DNA from: a virus
Taxonomy: Duplodnaviria > Caudoviricetes
DNA: 64,000 nucleotides
IMG/VR virus record: IMGVR_UViG_3300027749_000034
Reading direction: 5' to 3' (one strand)
The notes under the pieces were generated by a model. It saw only the letters and a program-made list of their open reading frames with translations, did no database searches and was not told the DNA's origin. A program made the translations under genes and the position numbers. Shown in pieces: positions 8,786 to 18,400 of this stretch (position 1 is the first letter of the stretch; every line of letters begins with the position of its first letter).

Positions 8786-9748
8786 ATGAAGAAATTAATA
8801 CGGATTGAAAGAAATCCAAATCCTCTATTTGTCCATTGGAAGCTGACCGACTTCTGTAATCAAGCCTGTCACTATTGCCCAAGCTTTTTGCATGATGGGC
8901 GATTTGCAAAGGGTATCTTGTCCGGCGCAATGACTGCCACTCAAATTATAAATCTATGTGATCGCTTGCTTGATCTAACTCAGGATAGATCAGGCATTTT
9001 AACCGTCCTGGGAGGGGAGCCAACTGTACATGATATGCTTCCAACTATACTTGAAAAATTAAACAATAATTTTGCAATTGAAATTGTAACCAATGGAAGC
9101 AGAGGATTAAGTTGGTGGAAACAACTCAAAGCATTACCACACAAGGTTGCTATATCATTACATCCAGAGTACTATGATGCTACCCAATTTAGAATCAACG
9201 AGCTAGTGGATTTTCTATTAGAAAACAATGTAGCTGTATGTTTCAATTTGATGTGTGATACTGCTAATTGGAATACTGTAATTGATATCTACAATAGTAT
9301 ACGAGATGAATACAAGTGTTTGACCATTCCAACGATAATTACAGATTACCTGAATCAGGGCACAAGGAAATCAATCAAGTACACTGATGACCAAAATCAA
9401 TTTATGGCATCGTTATTATCAACGCTAAAGTTAAAACCAGTCAGCGGGCATTCTGTTAATACAGCAACCTACAATGATGGATCAACTGAAATTGTAAACG
9501 ATCCAAATCTGATTATAAATTCTAAAAATAATTACTTCAAAGGTTGGTCCTGTAGTGCAGGCAGGGATAGTATATCCGTTGATTTCAATGGTGCTATTAC
9601 CGCAGGAATATGCGGAGCAAAACGGTTAGGAAATGCCGCCACTTTCAAATTGAATACCGAAAATCTAATCTGTCCCAAAGATGTTTGCGCCTGTACCGGT
9701 GATGTGGGTCTGTCAAAGTTTGACTTACACCATGAATCTGTGCTATAA
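8786..9748 (+). CDS. Radical SAM protein with C-terminal SPASM/twitch-like Cys cluster
   Basis: CNQACHYC (CxxxCxxC), GGEPT, VTNGSR; C-terminal C...G..C...CPKDVCAC. Confidence 0.85.
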   Translation: MKKLIRIERNPNPLFVHWKLTDFCNQACHYCPSFLHDGRFAKGILSGAMTATQIINLCDRLLDLTQDRSGILTVLGGEPTVHDMLPTILEKLNNNFAIEIVTNGSRGLSWWKQLKALPHKVAISLHPEYYDATQFRINELVDFLLENNVAVCFNLMCDTANWNTVIDIYNSIRDEYKCLTIPTIITDYLNQGTRKSIKYTDDQNQFMASLLSTLKLKPVSGHSVNTATYNDGSTEIVNDPNLIINSKNNYFKGWSCSAGRDSISVDFNGAITAGICGAKRLGNAATFKLNTENLICPKDVCACTGDVGLSKFDLHHESVL

Positions 9749-9749
9749 T
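9720..9749 (+). promoter_or_regulatory. Sigma70-like promoter for adenylate cyclase
   Basis: TTGACT (9720), 18 nt, TATAAT (9744) with TG extension; GAGG SD before ATG 9768. Confidence 0.5.
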
Positions 9750-9767
9750 ACATACTGAGAGGTGAAT

Positions 9768-11813
9768 ATGAAAAACATTCTTAAAAATATACCTGGTCCA
9801 TTAAGTGTGGTTTGGGTCATTATTACAGCCGCATTGTTGATTTTCTTAAAAATTCAAAATCCTGCGGCAGTTGAAAGTCTACAGTTAAAAGGCTTTGACA
9901 CACTATTGGCCAGTGATGCAGTAGAGACCAGCAATGAAGTGGTTGTTGTGGACATTGGTGAAGCCAGTATGGCTCGGCTGGGACAATGGCCATGGGACCG
10001 ACGAGAAATTGCACAGGCAGTAAATCGCATGCGTGAACTGGGTGCCGCTACTGTTGTTATACCAATTCTAATGACTGAAAAAGACAGACTAAATGGGGAC
10101 AAAGATCTAGCCGAAGCACTGGCCAAGAGTCCCAGTGTTATTGCACAAACTCCAACTACACAAAACAAAAAGCCAGATGCTGTTCGACGAGGCGTTGCAG
10201 TGATTGGTGGCGATCCTTACATTTGGTTGTTCAATTGGCCAGGCGCATTGAGTCCGCGGCCAGAACTGGCGCAAAGTGCTAGAGGTGTTGGTACCACTGT
10301 CACTGCTCCTGAAATTGATGGGGTTGTTCGTCGTATGCCATTGGTTGTCACAGTCAACAAGGAATACTATCCAAGTCTTCCAATCGAAGCACTTCGTGTG
10401 TTTACTGGAGAAAAGAGTTATCAAATGAAGATGACTGATGCTGGCGTAGAGAAAGTTCGCATTGCCGGACAGCCTGTGGTTTCTACTGATGCACAAGGCC
10501 GTGTATGGCTACGCTGGAACCGAGAATTTAAACACTATGAGCTGGGTGACCTGAGTCTTAAAGACATAGATCTAAAAGGAAAGATTGTAGTACTGGGTCT
10601 AACAGTTGAAGGACTTGGAGGCATTGTTGCTACACCACGCGGAGAGACATGGGCACATAATTTACAGGCCACAGCAATACAAACACTCATTGATGGTACA
10701 AGTCCAACTCGTCCAGGTTGGGCCACAATGGCTGAGTTGTTGACAATCATTGCTGTTGCGGCCTTGATCATTTTTGCCATGCCACGAGTACCTGTTTGGT
10801 CTGCATTACTTGTGCTGGGCGGCATTGTATATGTGGTAGTCAAAGGTGGCTTGATATTATGGACAGAGTACAGTCAGCTATGGGATATCTATTATGTTGT
10901 ATTTGCCAGTGTCGTATTATACGGGCATGCTCTGTTTGCTAGATTTGTACAAGAGTTTAAGCAGAAACAACAGATTAAGAAACAGTTTGGCACATACCTA
11001 TCGCCAGCCTTGGTTGCCAAATTACAGAAAAATCCTGAACTGTTACAGCTGGGTGGAGACGAGCGTGAACTAAGTATCATGTTCACTGATGTTCGTGGCT
11101 TCACCACTATCTCCGAGCATTATGGCAAGGATGTACAAGGTCTAACTCGAATCATGAATCGTTACATGACTGCCATGACTGCAAAGATCATTGAGAATAA
11201 CGGAACACTTGACAAGTACATTGGCGATGCTCAGATGGCATTCTGGAATGCACCGCTTGATGAGGAACGTCATGCTCACATGGCAGTAAAGACTGCCTTA
11301 GAGATGATGGAGAGTTTAGATGCATTTAATGCAGAAGTTACAGCAGAAGGCGTACCAGCTTTTGGTATGGGCCTTGGGATTAATAGTGCAAGTGTTGTGG
11401 TGGGTAATATGGGATCTGATCAGCGTTTTGACTATACTTGTCTGGGCGACGGTGTTAACCTGGCATCACGCTTGGAAGGACAGAGTAAGAACTACGGCGT
11501 CAGAATTGTACTTGGTCAACGGACTGCGGAGTTGGTTAAGGACACATACCCGGTGGTAGAACTTGACAACATTGCTGTCAAAGGCAAAACACAAGGCGTT
11601 AAGATTTTCACACTGGGCAACACCAATCGCACATTGCACGATATCTATCTAACTGCATACTATCGCGGCGACTGGGCTCGTGCTATCAAATCATGTGAAA
11701 AGTTAATCAAAGAAAACACTGACATTACACATTATTATGAGAATATGTTGGAGCGAATGAAAGAAGGCCTGCCTGCTGAATGGGACGGCACTTACAGAGC
11801 CACAAGCAAATGA
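9768..11813 (+). CDS. CHASE2-domain membrane adenylate cyclase (class III)
   Basis: N-terminal TM; CHASE2 motifs (VVVDIGEAS, GQWPWDR, DGVVRRMPL); three TM segments; catalytic FTDVRGFT, DKYIGDA and GDGVNLASRLE, with Lys and Thr at ATP-specifying positions. Confidence 0.92.
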   Translation: MKNILKNIPGPLSVVWVIITAALLIFLKIQNPAAVESLQLKGFDTLLASDAVETSNEVVVVDIGEASMARLGQWPWDRREIAQAVNRMRELGAATVVIPILMTEKDRLNGDKDLAEALAKSPSVIAQTPTTQNKKPDAVRRGVAVIGGDPYIWLFNWPGALSPRPELAQSARGVGTTVTAPEIDGVVRRMPLVVTVNKEYYPSLPIEALRVFTGEKSYQMKMTDAGVEKVRIAGQPVVSTDAQGRVWLRWNREFKHYELGDLSLKDIDLKGKIVVLGLTVEGLGGIVATPRGETWAHNLQATAIQTLIDGTSPTRPGWATMAELLTIIAVAALIIFAMPRVPVWSALLVLGGIVYVVVKGGLILWTEYSQLWDIYYVVFASVVLYGHALFARFVQEFKQKQQIKKQFGTYLSPALVAKLQKNPELLQLGGDERELSIMFTDVRGFTTISEHYGKDVQGLTRIMNRYMTAMTAKIIENNGTLDKYIGDAQMAFWNAPLDEERHAHMAVKTALEMMESLDAFNAEVTAEGVPAFGMGLGINSASVVVGNMGSDQRFDYTCLGDGVNLASRLEGQSKNYGVRIVLGQRTAELVKDTYPVVELDNIAVKGKTQGVKIFTLGNTNRTLHDIYLTAYYRGDWARAIKSCEKLIKENTDITHYYENMLERMKEGLPAEWDGTYRATSK

Positions 11814-12514
11814 CACAGCAATTGGTCTACGACTTCTCACAACCGCCTACTAGGAATCCGGACTATTTCTTTCCGTTGAGTTTGAAATTGGATCCTGAGG
11901 AAAAGGCCAATTTTATCAATACTGCAATGGTTCAGCATAGTGCTAAATTTAAAGGTACAGGAATTGGATTGAGCAATGTTGGCAATGCTGATGATTTTTT
12001 TCCAAAGACAATTGCTCAAACAAATGAGTTTGTTAAACCATTGAAACTTAAAGTTCGCAAGGTTACTTTATTTTTAAGCGACGGAAGTCAGACCAGTTGG
12101 GTAATACATTGCGATGGAGTGCGATATAAGAAGCGGCCTGTAATATTGGAAGCTCGGCTGAGTTACTATGAAATTGCCGAAGAGCCCGGTGCAATACGAT
12201 GGTGGAACAATCTAGCAACTACACTAAAGGTACACCCTGCAAATGAGTATTCTCAAGAAAGAATCAACTGTCAGGCTGATGTGGCTGATCTATTGCGCGA
12301 AGATAAAATTACTTGGGATAAAATTCCGCAGCCTGCATTTAGCGTAGTAACTTCTGCGCCCAGCGCCATACTTAGAACCAACAGGCCGCATCATGTGATA
12401 CAAGGACCAGGACTACGAGTAACCATCAGCTGTCAATTAGTACATGACTCTGATGAAGACCCGTTTGGTGTCTGGGAACATATACAAAGAAACATACACC
12501 TGTTAGGTGCGTAA
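11810..12514 (+). CDS. Hypothetical protein, 2OG-Fe(II)/cupin-like
   Basis: IHCDG (HxD) and distal PHHV; ATGA overlap with the cyclase stop; resembles 63309..63839. Confidence 0.45.
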   Translation: MTQQLVYDFSQPPTRNPDYFFPLSLKLDPEEKANFINTAMVQHSAKFKGTGIGLSNVGNADDFFPKTIAQTNEFVKPLKLKVRKVTLFLSDGSQTSWVIHCDGVRYKKRPVILEARLSYYEIAEEPGAIRWWNNLATTLKVHPANEYSQERINCQADVADLLREDKITWDKIPQPAFSVVTSAPSAILRTNRPHHVIQGPGLRVTISCQLVHDSDEDPFGVWEHIQRNIHLLGA

Positions 12515-13207
12515 ATGGGCCAGTCCGAAGAATTTTAGTATTGTAATATACATCCATCCCGCATCAAATTCCCACCAACGAAGACTCAGTCTAGGGTTAG
12601 CAGGATCCAAATGATGGTTATTATGCAGGCATTCCCCACCAACAACAATATCCCAAGGAACAATGTTTCTACTGTGATCTTTAGTTTCGCCATTTCTATA
12701 TCCCCACCAATGTCCAATGCCGTTAATGACGCCGGCCGCCCAGAAAGGTATCCAGAGCATCTGAACACCCCAGATTAACACACCCCACCAGCCAAATATC
12801 ACTGTGTTGAGCACAAAGAGAATGCCAATGCCAAGTCTACTGTGAGGAGTGTATATGTTGTGCTCCATCCAATCAGAAGGAGTACCAACACCGTATGTAT
12901 CAACCATATCTTTATCTTTTGATGCTTCATGGTATAGTCCTGCTCCTCGAAAAAATACCTGTCCAATTCCATACACATGTGGACTATGCGGGTCACCGTC
13001 TTGTTCGGTGAATCTATGATGTTTGCGGTGTACAGCTACCCATTGCTTGGTGACCATGCCTGTGGTCAACCATAATATGGCTCGCATGAAATGTGCTACC
13101 GCAGGATTGAATGTGACTGATCTATGTGCTTGACTGCGGTGAAGATATAGTGTTACACAGGCTATGGTGATGTGTGTCATCACCAGTGTATATATTAGTG
13201 CTGTCAT
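12503..13207 (-). CDS. Acyl-lipid/acyl-CoA delta-9 fatty acid desaturase
   Basis: Three His boxes HRSQAH, HRKHH and HNNHH; TM segments; WWEFDAGW tail typical of DesC/OLE1. Confidence 0.92.
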   Translation of the reverse strand: MTALIYTLVMTHITIACVTLYLHRSQAHRSVTFNPAVAHFMRAILWLTTGMVTKQWVAVHRKHHRFTEQDGDPHSPHVYGIGQVFFRGAGLYHEASKDKDMVDTYGVGTPSDWMEHNIYTPHSRLGIGILFVLNTVIFGWWGVLIWGVQMLWIPFWAAGVINGIGHWWGYRNGETKDHSRNIVPWDIVVGGECLHNNHHLDPANPRLSLRWWEFDAGWMYITILKFFGLAHLRT

Positions 13208-13518
13208 TAATCTTTGACCGCTTCTTTGAATTTCTTTTCTGCTTCAAGGTCAACTTTATGTGCTTCCATTACACGATCACCTTCAATGATTTTGCCACGC
13301 AGGTGCAGGGTTGTGTTGACCTTTTGAGTTAGTCTAATTAAATCATTGTCCAGCATACGCACACGATCTATTAGCGCAATTAATGTGGTGTTGGCTTCGC
13401 TCAACACTGGTTTAATTTCCGTTGTGGCCCATTGCCACACATAGTAAATTAGATATCCCATGCCGCCAGCGGCAACTATAGGAAATCCATACTTGTTAAT
13501 TAATTCTGCTACATCCAT
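13207..13518 (-). CDS. Small membrane protein, paralog of 14078..14359
   Basis: GGAG SD; GFPIVAAG TM segment followed by coiled coil DRVRMLDNDLIRL. Confidence 0.6.
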   Translation of the reverse strand: MDVAELINKYGFPIVAAGGMGYLIYYVWQWATTEIKPVLSEANTTLIALIDRVRMLDNDLIRLTQKVNTTLHLRGKIIEGDRVMEAHKVDLEAEKKFKEAVKD

Positions 13519-13519
13519 T

Positions 13520-13939
13520 TTATACTCCAATTAAATGATCTTCTTCATGATCAACACGGGGGCAAACATGTGACCATGTCAATAAAAATTCCAGCAATTC
13601 TGGTCCTTCTGGAATCCAGAATCTTGTGCGATTTAAATGGGCTTCAAATTGAATCTTGTTGGTTTTAATCCAACGAATTACTTCAACAAATTCCGCATCT
13701 CTTGTATATACTGCAAATTGATATGACTTATCAGAATTATATACAACTTCTCGGGCACCGTCTAATACAAAAGCAGTCAATGGATCTACTTTGATCAGGG
13801 CTTTCTTGCCATTGCGGTCAACAACTTTCCAGTGGTCGCCTACTTGCCAGCCCAGTTTGTCAGTGTCTAACTCTGGGTCTGGCAACATGTAGTTTGGGTT
13901 TAAATCCCAGTTGTAGTCATAGTACAGCATTAGAAACAA
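13520..13939 (-). CDS. Hypothetical protein with C-terminal FW...FLLTWS motif (small Trp-rich family member)
   Basis: ORF track; ends RFWIPEGPELLEFLLTWS, similar to the 33-35 kb family. Confidence 0.55.
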   Translation of the reverse strand: MFLMLYYDYNWDLNPNYMLPDPELDTDKLGWQVGDHWKVVDRNGKKALIKVDPLTAFVLDGAREVVYNSDKSYQFAVYTRDAEFVEVIRWIKTNKIQFEAHLNRTRFWIPEGPELLEFLLTWSHVCPRVDHEEDHLIGV

Positions 13940-14076
13940 AGTCCTATTAGTAAACCAACAATGAAGGCACCAATTACAGCACCAACCATTTCATTATGTT
14001 TCCAAATTGGTTGATTTCTCAAGTAGTCTTGCGTGTCGGCCGGCAAGCTATCAAACCAAGATTCCCATTTTCCCAT
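13930..14076 (-). CDS. Small protein with C-terminal TM helix
   Basis: MGKWESWF...GAVIGAFIVGLLIGLCF; start placed immediately after the upstream stop. Confidence 0.5.
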   Translation of the reverse strand: MGKWESWFDSLPADTQDYLRNQPIWKHNEMVGAVIGAFIVGLLIGLCF

Positions 14077-14077
14077 T

Positions 14078-14359
14078 TTAGTCTCTTCTAGCATCGTTCT
14101 TGCCGTCTGCTCTGGCAATACGGTCCACATCAGGACTGAGTCCCAATGCATTTGATACTATTGTGTCAATACGAATAACATCGTGATTCATTGTCTTAAC
14201 ACGATTGTCTAGCGCACCAATGATGCCCTTTAATCCATTCACACTGGAAGTCACACCGGCTAAGATGAACTTGAGTGTTAAAAATACAAAGTAGCCGCCG
14301 GCCATTGCCGCGGCAATTGGAAAGCCAACTTCAGCTACTAATTTGAAAAATTCACCCAT
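14078..14359 (-). CDS. Small membrane protein, paralog of 13207..13518
   Basis: GFPIAAAMAGGYF TM segment, then LDNRVKTMNHDVIRID. Confidence 0.6.
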   Translation of the reverse strand: MGEFFKLVAEVGFPIAAAMAGGYFVFLTLKFILAGVTSSVNGLKGIIGALDNRVKTMNHDVIRIDTIVSNALGLSPDVDRIARADGKNDARRD

Positions 14360-14384
14360 CTTGGTAACCCCTTAATTATATGCA

Positions 14385-14390
14385 TATTTA
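14385..14390 (-). promoter_or_regulatory. Late promoter TAAATA for the minus-strand membrane/desaturase operon
   Basis: TATTTA on + strand; AGGGG SD before ATG 14359. Confidence 0.5.
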
Positions 14391-14463
14391 AAACTCATTA
14401 TAAAAACATTAACAGCTACGATTATGATAAGTAATATGAGTGACTATAATTATCCAAAACCCA

Positions 14464-14469
14464 TAAATA
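14464..14469 (+). promoter_or_regulatory. Late promoter TAAATA, 5 nt before ATG 14475
   Basis: CATAAATACACCTATG; no SD. Confidence 0.6.
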
Positions 14470-14474
14470 CACCT

Positions 14475-15419
14475 ATGAAACTACGAGATATCTTACAAAT
14501 ACACGAAGATGATGGAGGCGGTGCTTCTGCCGGAGCAACCACGTCTGCAGATATCGCAGGTGTGGCTTATCCGCTGTTTGTTCGTGGACGCACACGCAAA
14601 GACAAGCGAAAGAATGCCAGAGCCGCAGTGGGACAGAAATATAACGCAGGACCAGCAGGTGTTGGTACTGGTGTATATGAAGATGAAGTAGGTGAAGCGC
14701 ACACATTAAACAGCGACAGCGTTATCTATCGTTTAGATACAGAGCATCCAATGAGTGACACTGAGGTGGCTGTGTTGGGTGGTGCAGGCCGTTATACCTT
14801 GGCCGGACTCAGAGACAAAGCTCGTCGAGAAGCTAAAACACTCAGTGATGATTTAACTTCAGATCATGGTGGCAGCTTTCGTGGTGCCGCGCACAATATC
14901 AAACAATTGACAAATACATTAAATACCATTGTTGCCGCTTACAATGAATTAAAAAGAATTCGTTCCAAAGGTGGTCGTGGCAGTAGAGGAATCACAGACG
15001 AAGACAAAAACTTTGTTAGAGAATGTTTGACCACATTAGAAAATTACAGTAAAATAGTTGACCGTGCCATCAAAATCAGCAGTAGGGTTGACGAAGCAAT
15101 GAAGAACGGTAAAATGCACAGCAATCATGCAGGATCAATTCGCGGCATGTATCATTTAAACACTGATCCAGCTTATGGTTTTTATCGTTGGGCCATACAT
15201 GTGGCAGGAAATAAAGGCGGTGATAGTATTTCATTGGGACCTAATGCTGGTCCATTTGCCTATGCCTACACTGAAGAAGAAGGCGAAATGATTAGAAAAG
15301 CAGTCAAAGCTGTTACTGGAAAGAACGCAACTGAAATGACTGGTGGCAAGAGTACCGAGCCAGCTGACACAAATAAAAAAAGTACAATGCCAACAATAGA
15401 TTGGAAAAAGGTAAAATAA
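14475..15419 (+). CDS. Probable internal head protein
   Basis: CTS-like start MKLRDILQIHE; internal VYE, VGE and VDE sites; late promoter. Confidence 0.5.
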   Translation: MKLRDILQIHEDDGGGASAGATTSADIAGVAYPLFVRGRTRKDKRKNARAAVGQKYNAGPAGVGTGVYEDEVGEAHTLNSDSVIYRLDTEHPMSDTEVAVLGGAGRYTLAGLRDKARREAKTLSDDLTSDHGGSFRGAAHNIKQLTNTLNTIVAAYNELKRIRSKGGRGSRGITDEDKNFVRECLTTLENYSKIVDRAIKISSRVDEAMKNGKMHSNHAGSIRGMYHLNTDPAYGFYRWAIHVAGNKGGDSISLGPNAGPFAYAYTEEEGEMIRKAVKAVTGKNATEMTGGKSTEPADTNKKSTMPTIDWKKVK

Positions 15420-15420
15420 A

Positions 15421-18400
15421 ATGATTCGTATTCAACTAATACACCAAGGCCGCGTTGTAAAAACAATTAGTAGCCGAGTACATGAAAGTGTAATTCTCGA
15501 GCAGGTCAAGAGATATGACCAACCCGTTGACGAAATTCGCATTGTCAATGGCGAATTAAGTGAGGCCGGCAAGGGTATTTTACAACATGTTGCTAAAAAG
15601 ATTATTCCAGCCGCATTGGCCGCTGGTATGGCCATGAGTGGCGCCAATATGGCACACGCACAAAACCACGGTTCACCGGGACAGAATAGAGATTTTCCTG
15701 GCATGGAACTGAGCATTGGTCAACACCTGGCTACAATATTTGCGCCCAACTATCAAGAAATTATGCGCCAACGCAATTATGAATTACAAACACAGCGCGA
15801 AGTATGGAATGCAGAACAAGCTGAAATTCGTCGCGCCAGAGTTGAACAGGCTCGTGCTCAAGGTCGTGCTGAAATGGGTCTGCCACCTGCGGGCCAAAAC
15901 GCAAATATGCATGTGTATGATCAAGCTCGTACCAGCAGTGATGGCAAGTATTTCATCATCTACGGCATGGACAACAGTATCACAAAAATTCCAGTACAGG
16001 GCACAGAATTCATGCCCGGAGACAGTCAGCGTCTGCCACATTACATTGCACCAAGCGGTCGAGTATTTTATGTTCGACATCCTGCAGGCACCATGACAGA
16101 AAGCATCATCAGTGAAGGCACATGGGCATTGCCAGACAGTCCAGAAGCAGTGGATGAATTGACTGCATTGATGCAACAACCATTGGCGGCCAGCTTTGCC
16201 GCTGATAAATTATATAGCCTAGTTGGCGACGATCATTTATTTGATTTAATTGCCGGCATGAAAGAACAAAATCCAGGACAGAATATTTGGAAAAATCCAG
16301 CTGTAGCAAAAAGATTTTATGAGCTGGGTATTGAAATGAATGTTGCAGAAGGCTTTGGTACAATTGGTACCATTCCTGCCAGTGGCACAGGTGGTCGTGG
16401 ACAAAGTCCAAGCGGACATGCTGAGCCAATGTCCGACGATGAAGATGAAATGAATTTATCACCAGGATCAGCACAGGACAATCAAGTGCCACAGACAGGC
16501 ACTCAGCAAACAGGCAAGTCAACTACCTTGCACATTGATCAAAACGGAAATCTAGCCCTGGGCGATGAAGAAGATCCTAAGAACTTGCGCGAGTCCACAG
16601 ATGATTTAGTTAATATTATCATGGGGCACCAAGCTGATGTTAAAAAGTACACAGGTGGCAATGGTAGTAACATGAGCTCGGCATTGTCACAGGAATTGCA
16701 AGCTTATTATAATACGAATGACTTTGCCAAACAATTTGATTCAGATCTGGCCGCTATTTTCAAAGCCGCAGATCAGCATGCACCAGCACAAGAAAGCATA
16801 AATGAAATGACCGAAGCTGGATTAAAAGCAATCTTAGATCAGTACGCTGATTCGTTTGCCAAGTTCAAAGCCGGTGGTGAAATCGATGACAATGTGGATT
16901 TTTATGAAGCATTGTACAGTTACTATTCAGACGCTGGCGAAATGCCGTATGGTACACAAAAGGCCCGTGATGGAGATCCAGTGCAATGGATAGCTGACCG
17001 ACTAGATGCCGAAACTGGTATGATGCCAGTGGCTGAAGAAAACATAAACGAAGGTGCAGAATTTGGTGCTTACTACAGCGAACAACTGGCACAGAAAGTA
17101 TTTGATCAGAATCCCAACTTATCATGTGAAGGCAAGTGTGAAGAATTATTAGATGCGGCTTGGCCTATTGCTGTAGCCGATCTAGGCCGTAAGCGAGCAC
17201 AATATGAATTCGGTTACAATGAAGATTTTCCTTCGGATTTTGTAAGTGCATATATTCATTTACAAAAACAAAGTCAGGGTGTAACAGAAGGCCAATTAAA
17301 TGAATTCAACAGTAGTGTTTATGTTGTAAACTACATTGACAACGATTCAGGCGAAGAAAAACAACTTAAAATTGGTGCTTATAGTGCCGACGACGCCAAA
17401 GCCAAAGCATTAGCAAAATTAAGAGCCAATGGCATTGATGCATCTGTTACAGGTACCACTGGCGGAGAAACCGACACCGGAGACAATGGTGCAAGAGAGT
17501 GGAAACAGGTAATGCTTAGAAAGTTTGCTCATGACCAATTGAAAACTGAGTATGAGTGGGCGGCGCAGTATGATGTGTTCATGACCAAAGAACAAATATT
17601 AGAGTATATAGATGTACAAGCAACAGATAAAAAATTAACACCATTGGAATTCATGCATAACAATGGTTACGAGCAAGAAAATCTTTTTAAAGGATTTTTA
17701 AACAGATTAATAAAAGCAGGATTCAGTAAACAAATGCTGTTGTCAATGTGGAAAAGTTTCCGTAAAACTGGTAGTGTTGGTAATGTTGGGCCTGGTACAA
17801 CCAGTGCAATGGCAACGGCATTATTAAAAAATAAACTTGGCGAGACTGCAAATATCACCGAAGAAGATGAAGAAGGCAACTACGGTTACGACATTAAATC
17901 TGAATACATGGGCAATAGAGATTTTGAGTTGTTGATACAGAATATGAGAAAGCCCGGTTCAAAGCCAGTGCAGGTATTTTTAAGAGTGTTGGGCGTTGGC
18001 GAGTGGAGCCTTAGCCAATATTCGCTAGACAGCTTCCAGCTGAAAGGTGGTGTCAAACCAGTCGGCATTCAAAATGGTGTAAACGGTAACCATCCAATGT
18101 ATCAGGCCATTTTTAATCACTTTGATTTGGATACAAAAATGTGGAAATTCCTAGGAGAAATTTATCGTCATGATTCTGTGCAATACGACAGGGACGAAGA
18201 TTATCAAGCCGCTGGATGGCCAGGTGTGCCTATGCCCCCACAACTGCAAGCAACTGATGCTGGAGAATACATTGACAAGCATAATGATGCTGAAGATCAA
18301 ACCCAAGCCGCTATCAGTGCCGCTATGAGTGCATCTAAACGCAAGCCTGCAACTGAAGCATTTACCATACAAAGAGGCGATAAGTTTTTGGTAGGTGGCA

